From Treponemataceae bacterium (lineage in GTDB: Bacteria; Spirochaetota; Spirochaetia; Treponematales; Treponemataceae), in assembly GCA_035352735.1 (NCBI GenBank), contig DAOPYF010000001.1, forward strand, positions 8,385 through 72,384: a stretch of DNA of 64,000 nucleotides. Reading direction: 5' to 3'. Each line of letters begins with the position of its first letter. Position 1 is the first letter of the stretch. The position numbers were made by a program, and so were the translations under genes. The notes below the pieces were generated by a model. The model saw nothing but the letters and a program-made list of their open reading frames with translations, made no database searches and was not told the DNA's origin. Positions 52,940 to 62,600 of this stretch are shown here, piece by piece.

Positions 52940-54631
52940 ATGATACGATTTATGAACTATGCCCGCTCAATGCGCCGATTGACGCTCGATAAGACAGCAA
53001 TTCTTGCGTTCGCAATTGGACTTTTCGCGCTCGCGCGTCCCTGCGCTGGCTTTGCGCAGGAAGCGCTCCTTTCGACCGCGGAGAATTACTACGAGTTTCT
53101 CGCGCTCTCGGGAAACACGGAGCGCTCATACCTTAATTACCGTACGCTTTCGGATTCTGTCTGGACAGTTAAAGATGGCGATGGCAATCTTTGGAACGGG
53201 GTCAACCTCGGAACGACACGCAGCCTCTCGGACGCAGTTCGCTTTCGCGTCTATGGCCCGGATTTCTTCTCATCGTATAACAGCGCGGAGCCCTATGGTC
53301 AAAACGACGGAGCCCTCTGGCAGGGCAAGGGTGTAAACGCGAGCATCACGGCAGGCGCAAGGCTCGAAGCCTACGGTTTCGAGCTTACCCTGAAGCCGCA
53401 AATCGCGTTCTCGCAGAATCGATCTTTCACTCTCGTCAACCCGGCGTATTCCGGCGACTTGTACGCGGGTAAGGCCGACACCTATGGATACTTCGGCGTT
53501 CCCAGCATCGACGCTCCCCAGCGTTTTGGCGACGACCCGCTCTATACGTTCAGTTGGGGCGATTCCGAGATTCGCTATTCCTGGAAAACGCTCACCGTCG
53601 GTTTTGGAACGCAGGCTATATGGCTTGGCCCAGCAAAAATAAACCCGATCCTTCACTCGAACAACGCCGCGCCCTATCCGAAGTTTGATATTGGCCTCCG
53701 AAAGCAGGAGATTGCCTTAGCGGGCCATGACCTGGGAGACGTTGAGGCGCGACTATGGTGCGGATACCTCACTGAGTCGGATTATTTTGACACGGACGAT
53801 TCAAACGATCATAACATGATCAGCGGCCTTTCCTTTGCCTACGCGCCCCCCGTTCTCGACGGGCTCACCCTGTTCGTCAATCGCGTATACCTCGCGAAAT
53901 GGGAAAAGGATAGTTTCGGAACGATATCGCATCTTTTTATCATAAATACAGCAGGAGGCGGCGCGCAAGACGTTTGGGATCAGCGCGGATCATTTGGTTT
54001 TGACTATCTCCTTCCACTTGCGGCTATAGAGGTATACGGCGAAGCGGGCATCAATGACTATGAGCAGAACATTCATGCCTATTTACGATATCCATTTCAT
54101 AGCATGGTTTATACCGCAGGTATAGTAAAAAGCGTTCGGCTTCCCACTTCGTATCCCCTATCGCTCGAGATCCTTTTCGAGTGGTCTAACCTTGAGCTCT
54201 CCCAGGATTTTCAGTTTCAGTGGGCATCGACCTTTTACGCGCATCATCAAATCACCCAAGGATACACAAACGAGGGGCAATGGCTCGGCGCGGGAAACGG
54301 TACCGGAGGGAATAGCCAATACCTCGGATTCAAGCTCTATTATCCCAGGGGTTACACGAACCTATTCATTCACCGACAAAATCCCGACAATGATCACATC
54401 TATGTCTCGTCAATCCATACTGATGCAAATACCAGTGTGAATATAAAAGACGTTAAGGGCGTGGTTTCGTTTGGCGTAAACTCAGGATATCAAGTATGGA
54501 AGAACACCTTCCTTTCCGCCGGCGCCACGTGGATCATTATCGAGAATCCCGTTTACGAGGGAAAGCAGTTTGAACCGACGGATCGACTCTGCGGATACCG
54601 TCTGGAGACCGCTTTCTCGTGGCAATACTAA
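52940..54631 (+). CDS. Capsule assembly Wzi family outer-membrane protein
   Basis: Signal peptide; NDGALWQGKG, IDAPQRFG, WLGP...ILHSNNA, GYTNEGQWLGAG.G.G; aromatic C-terminus. Confidence 0.75.
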   Translation: MIRFMNYARSMRRLTLDKTAILAFAIGLFALARPCAGFAQEALLSTAENYYEFLALSGNTERSYLNYRTLSDSVWTVKDGDGNLWNGVNLGTTRSLSDAVRFRVYGPDFFSSYNSAEPYGQNDGALWQGKGVNASITAGARLEAYGFELTLKPQIAFSQNRSFTLVNPAYSGDLYAGKADTYGYFGVPSIDAPQRFGDDPLYTFSWGDSEIRYSWKTLTVGFGTQAIWLGPAKINPILHSNNAAPYPKFDIGLRKQEIALAGHDLGDVEARLWCGYLTESDYFDTDDSNDHNMISGLSFAYAPPVLDGLTLFVNRVYLAKWEKDSFGTISHLFIINTAGGGAQDVWDQRGSFGFDYLLPLAAIEVYGEAGINDYEQNIHAYLRYPFHSMVYTAGIVKSVRLPTSYPLSLEILFEWSNLELSQDFQFQWASTFYAHHQITQGYTNEGQWLGAGNGTGGNSQYLGFKLYYPRGYTNLFIHRQNPDNDHIYVSSIHTDANTSVNIKDVKGVVSFGVNSGYQVWKNTFLSAGATWIIIENPVYEGKQFEPTDRLCGYRLETAFSWQY

Positions 54632-54647
54632 CGATGATAGGAGCATC

Positions 54648-55532
54648 ATGCTAATGAAAGAAGCGCGGACAGTACCCGAGGCATGTAATAAAAACGAGAC
54701 ATGGACTACGATCCTTCGGCCCGAGCATAAGCTCCTCGATCTCAAATTGCGAGAAGTCATAAAATACCGAGATCTCATCGGTCTTTTCGTGAAGCGTGAT
54801 TTTATCACGCAGTATAAGCAGACGATCCTTGGCCCGTTGTGGTACGTGATTCAGCCTCTGATATCAACGATCATGTTCGCGTTCGTCTTTGGCAATCTTG
54901 CGAATATTTCCACTGACGGGGTTCCGTACATCCTCTTCTACTACGGCGGAACGATGCTATGGACCTATTTCGAGAAATGCTTTAGGGACTCGAGCGACAC
55001 GTTCACCACCAACGCAGACCTCTTTAGCAAGGTTTATTTTCCGCGCCTAACCGTCCCCATATCGAAGGTCTTCATCAATATGCTCGGTCTCGCGATTCAG
55101 TTTGGGCTCCTTATCATCTTCTACGCGTATTATCTTTTGACGAAGTCTCCCGTTCATCCCACCTGGTATGCCCTTCTCTTTCCGCTGATAATCCTATGGA
55201 TCGCCGCGCTCGGTACGGGCATGGGGCTTATCATCACGTCGATTACGACTAAATATCGCGATCTCAAGCAACTCATCGCCTTTGGCATCAACCTCTGGAT
55301 GTACGCGACGCCGATCGTTTATCCCCTATCGCAAATTCCCCAAAAGTATTCATGGGTCTTTTACGTAAATCCCGTCTCGGCTCCCATCGAGCTCTTTCGC
55401 GTTTGGTTTTATGGGGCCGGGTATGTGCCTCCGTACATGATCGTTTCAAGCTTGATCATGAGCGCCTTCTTCCTCTTCCTCGGCCTCGTGTCGTTTAGCA
55501 ACGGCGAAAGAACTTTCGTCGACGTCGCGTAA
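54648..55532 (+). CDS. wzm: Polysaccharide ABC transporter permease
   Basis: YRDL...KRD....YKQTILGPLW..IQP, KVYFPR, YRDL, MYATPIVYP; AGGAG RBS. Confidence 0.92.
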   Translation: MLMKEARTVPEACNKNETWTTILRPEHKLLDLKLREVIKYRDLIGLFVKRDFITQYKQTILGPLWYVIQPLISTIMFAFVFGNLANISTDGVPYILFYYGGTMLWTYFEKCFRDSSDTFTTNADLFSKVYFPRLTVPISKVFINMLGLAIQFGLLIIFYAYYLLTKSPVHPTWYALLFPLIILWIAALGTGMGLIITSITTKYRDLKQLIAFGINLWMYATPIVYPLSQIPQKYSWVFYVNPVSAPIELFRVWFYGAGYVPPYMIVSSLIMSAFFLFLGLVSFSNGERTFVDVA

Positions 55533-55542
55533 GGATACCACA

Positions 55543-56778
55543 ATGAACGATATCGCAATTCGAATAGAGCACGTCTCAAAGCAATACAAGCTGGGCGTTA
55601 TCAATACCGGAACTTTCTTTCGGGACATGCAAAGCCATTTTGCGCGTAAGATGGGGAAGCCCGATCCTAACGCAAAACTGGGAAATGAGTATTTTGACGG
55701 CCCTGATACCTTTTGGGCGCTCAAGGATGTCTCCTTCGACATTAAGAGGGGAGATCGCATCGGCATAATCGGCAAGAACGGCGCGGGGAAAAGCACGCTC
55801 TTGAAGCTGATTTCCCGCATCTCCGCACCGACGGAGGGTTGCATCAAGATCAATGGCCGCGTCGCGAGCCTTCTCGAGGTCGGAACCGGTTTCCATAAAG
55901 AGCTTACGGGAAGGGAAAATATCTACCTCAACGGATCGATCCTCGGGATGAAGAAACGGCAGATTGACCGGATACTCGACGAGATTATCGACTTTAGCGG
56001 GATCGAGCAGCATATCGATACCCCCGTAAAGCGGTATTCAAGCGGCATGTTCGTGCGGCTTGGATTCGCGGTCGCCGCGCATCTCGATAGCGAGATTCTC
56101 ATCGCGGACGAGGTGCTCGCGGTCGGCGACGCGAAGTTTCAGGAGAAAGCCATAGGAAAAATGAACGCAATCAGCGCGGAGCAAGGGCGCACGGTCATTT
56201 TCGTTAGCCATAATATCCAGGCGGTTCACTCCTTGTGCAACGTAGGCGCCATCCTTGATAAGGGAAGCCTTATCAAAAGCGACGATATCGATACCTGCAT
56301 CCGCTATTACAATAACCCAGAGAATATGGGACGGGATAAAGCATGGACAGGCTCGGACGGCGACGGTAATCTCGTGGTCCATCGAGCGGAGCTGTATCCT
56401 CACGACGAGATCATCGACTTACTCATCGAGTTTGAGATAAAGAATCCGGATATGGATTATGTGCTCTGCGTTCAGTTCTTCAATAACGAAGGTCGGCTCG
56501 TGTGCGTAAACTCGTTCAGCGACATCGTGACCGACGAGGAGTACGCGCAACTCAAGAGCGCCGGGAACCATTCGGTTATGCTTCAAATCGATACGTCGAT
56601 ATTCGCCCGAGGCGAGTACTACATCGAGTTTGATTTTGCGATCCATTGCGTGAAGCGAATCACCACCGCAAAATCCCGCGTGTATTTCGAGGTGTTTAAC
56701 CAGAGAAATCATCGGCATCCCGCTTCTTGCAGGGAGAACACCATAGAGCCTATCTGGCAATATGAGATACAAGCATAA
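55543..56778 (+). CDS. wzt: Polysaccharide ABC transporter ATPase with C-terminal Wzt-C domain
   Basis: WALKDVSF, GKNGAGKST, YSSGM, DEVLAVGD, VSH, plus a C-terminal extension. Confidence 0.93.
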   Translation: MNDIAIRIEHVSKQYKLGVINTGTFFRDMQSHFARKMGKPDPNAKLGNEYFDGPDTFWALKDVSFDIKRGDRIGIIGKNGAGKSTLLKLISRISAPTEGCIKINGRVASLLEVGTGFHKELTGRENIYLNGSILGMKKRQIDRILDEIIDFSGIEQHIDTPVKRYSSGMFVRLGFAVAAHLDSEILIADEVLAVGDAKFQEKAIGKMNAISAEQGRTVIFVSHNIQAVHSLCNVGAILDKGSLIKSDDIDTCIRYYNNPENMGRDKAWTGSDGDGNLVVHRAELYPHDEIIDLLIEFEIKNPDMDYVLCVQFFNNEGRLVCVNSFSDIVTDEEYAQLKSAGNHSVMLQIDTSIFARGEYYIEFDFAIHCVKRITTAKSRVYFEVFNQRNHRHPASCRENTIEPIWQYEIQA

Positions 56779-56840
56779 GCGCACAGCATGATACTTGTTT
56801 CGTTAGCCGGTAAGTATAAAATGAAGTTGGTTTGAGCGAT

Positions 56841-57743
56841 ATGGACGTTTCCGTAATAATCGTTAACTATAACACCAGGGACATGCTTCGGGATTGCCTG
56901 TCGTCTCTCGCGGAGAAGACCTCGGGATTGTCGTTTGAGACAATCGTGGTCGACAATGACTCATCCGACGGATCTGCCGAGATGGTCGGGAAGATGTTTC
57001 CTGAAACGATGCTCGTCTGCGCGGGAGAGAACTTAGGGTTCGGAAAGGCCAATAATCTCGGCGCGACGCGCGCGAGGGGTAAGTATCTTTTCTTCCTGAA
57101 CAGCGACACGGTGCTCATCAATAATGCCTTATATGAACTATTCTCGTTCATGGAACGAACCCCCGCGTGCGCTATCGCGGGTGGTAATCTTTTTGATATA
57201 AGAGGAAGGCCAATCCATGGCCATAGCCTCGCGCTCCCCTCGCCCGCGACCGATCTCGTGCGCCTTCTCCCCGGTTCGTTTCGGCTTCTTTACGGAAAGA
57301 ACTGGACGCATAACTTTACGGGTAAGCCCTTGCGTGTCGCCTACGTGACGGGCGCGGATCTCATGATGCCGAAATGCGTCTTTGACCAGGTTGGCGGATT
57401 CGATCCTTCGTTTTTCATGTACTATGAGGAGACCGAGCTCGCGAGCAGGGTTCGCGCATTGGGGCTTTATGCTTATTCCGTGCCCACGGCGAAGATTACC
57501 CACATAAAGGGCGGCTCGCTCGAAAACCTCGATAGCGTGAAATCGATCGTCTATCAAAGTAAGTATCGATACATGGCGAAAGTGCACGGAAAATACGGCG
57601 CGATACGGTCTTATCTTGCCTTTAGCTTTTTTTGTCTCGTAAAGATTACCATGAACGCATTGCGCTTCAAGAATAAAAGCGTCAAAAGATATACCGAGCT
57701 GTTGCTGCTAAACCGGCAAATCTTTAGGAGCGAATCCCGATGA
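56841..57743 (+). CDS. GT2 glycosyltransferase (WbbL-like)
   Basis: VIIVNYN, VDNDSSD, NLGFGKANN, FLNSD, GGFDPSFFMYYEE; alternative start TTG 56832. Confidence 0.9.
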   Translation: MDVSVIIVNYNTRDMLRDCLSSLAEKTSGLSFETIVVDNDSSDGSAEMVGKMFPETMLVCAGENLGFGKANNLGATRARGKYLFFLNSDTVLINNALYELFSFMERTPACAIAGGNLFDIRGRPIHGHSLALPSPATDLVRLLPGSFRLLYGKNWTHNFTGKPLRVAYVTGADLMMPKCVFDQVGGFDPSFFMYYEETELASRVRALGLYAYSVPTAKITHIKGGSLENLDSVKSIVYQSKYRYMAKVHGKYGAIRSYLAFSFFCLVKITMNALRFKNKSVKRYTELLLLNRQIFRSESR

Positions 57744-58693
57744 GCAAGATAATCCATCGCATATTCTTTAACTTTAACGACGGTCCGGATCCGTTCCTGA
57801 GCTACCTTGAGACCTGGAAGCGAGAGCTTCCCGATTTCGAGATTAAGATGTGGGATAAGAATAACCTGCCCCTCGACCTCAACGAATACACGAGAACGCT
57901 CGCAGCCGAGAAAAACCACGCGTATCTCGCCGATTACTTTCGCTGTTGGCTACTCGAAAAGTACGGCGGCGTATATCTTGACGCGGACATCGAGATCCTT
58001 GACGGCGACGCTTTCAGGGCAATCTACGATTCGGCGCAGAGCGATCCAGAGGCCGATCTTTTCATCGGAGTCGAGAGCGCAAAAAACGGCAAGCTCACGG
58101 CCCACTCAATGGGGGTAAAGGACGGAACGTTCCATCCCCTTCTCAGATTCCTCATGAACCTTTATGAGACCGCCTTTTCGGGTCCCCTTCATTACGCGAT
58201 TAAGAACTTCGATATGCCGTACCTCATGACCTTGTATTTCCTTGACCTGGAGCGTAAAGGCGCGCAGTCGGTTTCCGTCGATGGAAGATTCAGGGGTCAT
58301 GAGGATATTCTTACGGTAGATCGCGCAAGGATCTTCCCGCCGTCGTACTTTTCCCCGTTAACCACGCGAAACGGGAAGATGGTCGTTTCGTCCTTTGGTG
58401 AAAAGACGTGCCTGTGCCATCACTTCGCGGCTACTTGGCGCGATGACTTCAAAGGGATAAAGACCGCGAAGTGCTTTGAAGAGGCGCTCCGAAACGGAGA
58501 CTATAGCGTGTACCCGGAACTGCTTCCGCTCGTACGAGAACGCTATCCCGCGATGCGGATACATGGCGTAAGACCATTGTGGAGACTTCACGAACGCGAG
58601 ATCGCGAAGATCGAAAGATTCCTCAACGCAATCGTGCCTTATGGCTCAGTTCAGTACAAAATACTCAAAAAGAACAAAAAGGCGCATGATTAA
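57740..58693 (+). CDS. GT32 (DXD) glycosyltransferase
   Basis: KIIHRIFF, ETWK..LPDFEIK.W, ADYFR..LL..YGGVYLDAD, HHFAATW. Confidence 0.85.
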   Translation: MSKIIHRIFFNFNDGPDPFLSYLETWKRELPDFEIKMWDKNNLPLDLNEYTRTLAAEKNHAYLADYFRCWLLEKYGGVYLDADIEILDGDAFRAIYDSAQSDPEADLFIGVESAKNGKLTAHSMGVKDGTFHPLLRFLMNLYETAFSGPLHYAIKNFDMPYLMTLYFLDLERKGAQSVSVDGRFRGHEDILTVDRARIFPPSYFSPLTTRNGKMVVSSFGEKTCLCHHFAATWRDDFKGIKTAKCFEEALRNGDYSVYPELLPLVRERYPAMRIHGVRPLWRLHEREIAKIERFLNAIVPYGSVQYKILKKNKKAHD

Positions 58694-61383
58694 TGAATGT
58701 TCTCTATCAGATAACGATCTTTCCCGTAGTCACGCTTATTGAGGTTATCTATCGGGCAATCGAGAGTTTTCTCCGAAACACCGGATTTTCGATAATCGGC
58801 GTCAGCCTCACCGTTAACCTGTTATGCCTTCCCCTCTACGCGGTCGCCGAGCGCTTTCAATGCGAGGAGCGCGAAGCGCAGCGGAAGATGAAGCGCGGTA
58901 TCGACAATATCAAGGCCGTGTTCAAGGGCGACGAACGGTACATGATGCTGTCGACTTTTTATCGGCAAAACCATTATCACCCGGCGTATGCGCTGAGGAG
59001 CACCTTCGGGCTTTTAATCCAAATACCCTTTTTTATCGCGGCTTACAAAGTACTGACGACCTTACCCGACCTTCTTGGCCGCTCTTTCTGGTTTATAAGC
59101 GATCTTGGGTCTCCGGACGCGATGCTCAAGATTGCCAGTATTTCGATAAACGTTCTGCCGCTAATCATGACCGCGATCAATGTCGCGGCCTCCGCGGTTT
59201 ACACGAAAGGATTCTCTTTTAAGGAAAAGGCCCAGCTCTACGTCGTCGCCGCGCTGTTTTGCGTCCTTCTTTACAACTCGCCCTCGGGGCTCGTCTTCTA
59301 TTGGACGCTGAACAACGTCTTTTCGCTCGTAAAAAACATCCTTTTCAAGTCCCGTCATGCGGGGAAGATCGCGTATGTGTCGCTTACGGCGGTAATCGGC
59401 CTCGCCGTTCTCGGCGTTTTTCTCCGCGATACCTCGACGAGACAGCGCACGTTCGCGCTTCTTATCCTCTCTCTCGTCGCGCTCGCGCCACTCATCGTAA
59501 AATCACTTTCGATCGCGCTTCGCGTTGTCGGTAAACGCCTCGCCGAGGCGCCGCGCAAAACGACGGGGATCTTCATCGTGTCCATGATCGCGTGCGCCCT
59601 GCTCATCGGGCTCGTCATTCCGAGCAGTTTGATCGCTTCGTCAGTTCGGGAGTTTTCATACACCGCGCAATATGCGAATCCGCTCTCGCTCCTCTTGAGC
59701 GTATTCTGCTGCTCGCTTGGGTGCTTCGTTTTTTGGCCGCTTTGCGTTTTCTTTCTCTTTGGTAAGAAGACCAGGGACGCATTTGCCGTATTCGCGCTCC
59801 TCGCGCTGGCGATATTCTCGATCAATGCCTTTGTCTTTCAAGGCTCGTACGGAACCCTCTCCCCATCGCTTTTTTTTGACGACCCCGGCGCCCTCAAGGC
59901 CGCCGTCGCCCCTTTCCACCTGGATATCATCGCCGTTGTGCTCGCGGCTTCCCTCGTTATCTTTCTTTTACATAAAACCGGCACGAAGATAGCGCTCCCC
60001 GCGGTGACCCTCGTCGCGGTTTCTTTTTTCGTGTTATCGACCGTACAAGCTCACGAGATAGCGCGGGAGTTTTCCTCGATACGGAAAACGCATGAGAGCG
60101 AGAACGCCGTTGGATCAAAGCCTTCGTCCGTGTACTCCTTCACGAAAAACGGGCGAAACGTGCTTTTCATCATGATCGATCGCGCCATCGGCCCCTTCGT
60201 CGGCGACATATTCAAGGACGATCCGAAGCTCAACGAAAGCATGAGCGGGTTTACCTGGTATTCGAATACCTTCTCGTTCGGCGGTCACACTATCATGGGG
60301 GCTCCCGCGCTCTTTGGCGGCTACGAGTATACGCCGGAGAAGATCAACGCGCGCGCGAACGAGACGCTGGTAAAGAAGCTTGACGAATCGTGCACGGTGC
60401 TTCCGCGGCTCTTCGCGGAAAACGGCTGGGCGGTAACGGTTACCGACATGCCCTTCGGCGATTATGCGCCGTACAAATCGATTAAGGCGTACGCGCTAAA
60501 CGGAAAATACCAGGACGATTGGCTTATTGAAAACGGCATGGGGGACTTTCTCAATAAGGTGAAGCACAGCACCTCGATGAACCGAAAAATGCTTTTTTTC
60601 AGCTTCTTCAAGATCTCCCCCGCATTTCTCCGATGGACGATCTACGACATGGGCGGATACTGGGAGATGTATTCCGATACCCAGTCCCGTTACGAGTATC
60701 TCTATAGCTACGCAGCGCTTGAGCGGATCGCGCGCCTTTCCCGTTTCGACGCCGCGGAAAACTCATTTACCATCATTGAGAGCGACGTTACCCATAACCA
60801 AACCTTTCTTCAGTATCCAGACTATGCCTTCGTTCCTAAGATTACCGATCTCGGCACGAACGCCTTTCAAAGCAGCGTAACGTGGCAGCTTTACCACGTT
60901 AATAGCGCCGCGTTCCATTCACTCGGCCGCCTTATGGAAGCGCTTAAGGCCGCGGGCGTCTACGATAACACGAGAATCGTGATCGCCTCGGACCATGGCT
61001 TTAAGAACATCATTTACAAGGATCAAACGAGATATCCAAGTTACTTTAAAGACGAGTCTATTAAGCCAAGCTATTTTAGCCCGGTTCTTATGGTTAAGGA
61101 TTTTGGGGCATCGGGGCCAATGAGGGAAGACCGCTCGTTTATGAGCAACGCGGACGTACCGACGATATTGTCGGCCGGGGTTATTGCGAATGCCGTAAAT
61201 CCGTTCTCTGGGATTGCCCTCAGCGCAAGCGTCGATAAAAAAAAGCCGAGGCTTAGCGAGCAGCATGCGGGACGACTCGTTGACCACAATGCCAATACAT
61301 TTCGCATCGGCGATGACGAATGGATAACCGTCCATGACAGCATCTTCGACGAGTCGAATTGGAAATGGGAGAAAGCCCGATGA
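58693..61383 (+). CDS. YidC/Oxa1 domain fused to a membrane-bound sulfatase/LtaS-like phosphotransferase domain
   Basis: N-terminal SIIGVSLTVNLLCLPL, LIQIPFFIAAY, FWFISDLGSPD, PSGLVFYW; C-terminal NVLFIMID, GGHT, SDHG, MSNADVP. Confidence 0.8.
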   Translation: MNVLYQITIFPVVTLIEVIYRAIESFLRNTGFSIIGVSLTVNLLCLPLYAVAERFQCEEREAQRKMKRGIDNIKAVFKGDERYMMLSTFYRQNHYHPAYALRSTFGLLIQIPFFIAAYKVLTTLPDLLGRSFWFISDLGSPDAMLKIASISINVLPLIMTAINVAASAVYTKGFSFKEKAQLYVVAALFCVLLYNSPSGLVFYWTLNNVFSLVKNILFKSRHAGKIAYVSLTAVIGLAVLGVFLRDTSTRQRTFALLILSLVALAPLIVKSLSIALRVVGKRLAEAPRKTTGIFIVSMIACALLIGLVIPSSLIASSVREFSYTAQYANPLSLLLSVFCCSLGCFVFWPLCVFFLFGKKTRDAFAVFALLALAIFSINAFVFQGSYGTLSPSLFFDDPGALKAAVAPFHLDIIAVVLAASLVIFLLHKTGTKIALPAVTLVAVSFFVLSTVQAHEIAREFSSIRKTHESENAVGSKPSSVYSFTKNGRNVLFIMIDRAIGPFVGDIFKDDPKLNESMSGFTWYSNTFSFGGHTIMGAPALFGGYEYTPEKINARANETLVKKLDESCTVLPRLFAENGWAVTVTDMPFGDYAPYKSIKAYALNGKYQDDWLIENGMGDFLNKVKHSTSMNRKMLFFSFFKISPAFLRWTIYDMGGYWEMYSDTQSRYEYLYSYAALERIARLSRFDAAENSFTIIESDVTHNQTFLQYPDYAFVPKITDLGTNAFQSSVTWQLYHVNSAAFHSLGRLMEALKAAGVYDNTRIVIASDHGFKNIIYKDQTRYPSYFKDESIKPSYFSPVLMVKDFGASGPMREDRSFMSNADVPTILSAGVIANAVNPFSGIALSASVDKKKPRLSEQHAGRLVDHNANTFRIGDDEWITVHDSIFDESNWKWEKAR

Positions 61384-62600
61384 GCGTTTTACTCTATATC
61401 GATCCCGGCACGGGCAGCATCCTTTTCTCGCTCATTATCGGGCTCGTCACGACCGTGTATTTCGTCGCGAAGCAGGCATTCATCGCGCTCAAGCTAAAGT
61501 TGCTCGGCTCCTCAAACGCCGCGCAGTCGCGCGCTTCGCACACGATTGTGATATACAGCGAAGGAACCCAGTATTGGACCGTGTTTCAGCCGGTACTCGA
61601 TGAGCTCGAGCGGCGTAATGTCAAGGCGACCTATTTGACGAGCGCGGAGAACGACCCCTTCTTCTCGAAGGGCTATTCATGCATCGCGGGGGAGTTTATC
61701 GGAAAAGGCATGACGGCCTTCTCGCGGCTCAACTTTCTGGAAGCAGATATTTGCCTCATGACGACGCCGGGCATCGACGTGTATCAGCTGAAACGGTCCC
61801 GCGGGGTCAGGCATTACTGCCATCTTTTGCACGATGTCGGCGACGCCAATTGCTATCGCCTCTTCGGTCTCGACTATTTCGACTCGGTACTCCTTTCGGG
61901 CGAGTATCAAATTGCGGGCATACGTGAGTTGGAGCGAAAACGGGATATTCCCGCGAAGGAACTCATCGTGGTCGGCAGCACGTACCTTGATGCGCTGAGC
62001 GCCATTGCCGAAAATTCGCGTGATGGGCGTTCAGGCGACTTTACCGTGCTTGTCGCCCCTTCTTGGGGCAAAAGCGGCATCCTCTCCCGATACGGATCGA
62101 GCCTTCTTGACCCGCTCGTTCAAACCGGCTATCGGGTGATCATTCGCCCCCATCCGCAATCCCGCGCCTCGGAAGCGACAATGCTCGCCGCGCTTGAAAA
62201 GCGATACGCCTCATGCGCGAACGTCGAGTGGGATTCGTCGCGCGATAATGTCGGCGTTCTCTCGAGGGCTAACGTGATGATTTCCGATTTCTCCGGGGTT
62301 ATTTTCGACTACGCGTTCCTGTTCGATCGTCCTTTCGTATTTCTTAACCAGGCCTTTGACCCAAGGCCATACGATGCCTTTGACTCAAGCGAGAAGCCCT
62401 GGAAATTCAGCGCCTTTTCCGAGATTGGCCGCGAGATTACCCCCTCCGACTTTCCGGAGATCGGCGCGATCCTTACGTCCGTTGCCGCGGACAAAAGCCT
62501 TTCTGCGGCGCGCGCGCGAACGCGCGACGTGGCCTGGCAGCGAAGGGGAGAAGCAGGTAAGCTCGTCTCGGACTTTCTCGTTTCAAAGGCACGCGTATGA
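61380..62600 (+). CDS. CDP-glycerol glycerophosphotransferase (TagB/TagF) family protein with N-terminal YIDPGTGS anchor
   Basis: LVAPSW, IRPHP, MISDFSGVIFDY...RP; ATGA overlap with the upstream gene. Confidence 0.8.
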   Translation: MSVLLYIDPGTGSILFSLIIGLVTTVYFVAKQAFIALKLKLLGSSNAAQSRASHTIVIYSEGTQYWTVFQPVLDELERRNVKATYLTSAENDPFFSKGYSCIAGEFIGKGMTAFSRLNFLEADICLMTTPGIDVYQLKRSRGVRHYCHLLHDVGDANCYRLFGLDYFDSVLLSGEYQIAGIRELERKRDIPAKELIVVGSTYLDALSAIAENSRDGRSGDFTVLVAPSWGKSGILSRYGSSLLDPLVQTGYRVIIRPHPQSRASEATMLAALEKRYASCANVEWDSSRDNVGVLSRANVMISDFSGVIFDYAFLFDRPFVFLNQAFDPRPYDAFDSSEKPWKFSAFSEIGREITPSDFPEIGAILTSVAADKSLSAARARTRDVAWQRRGEAGKLVSDFLVSKARV

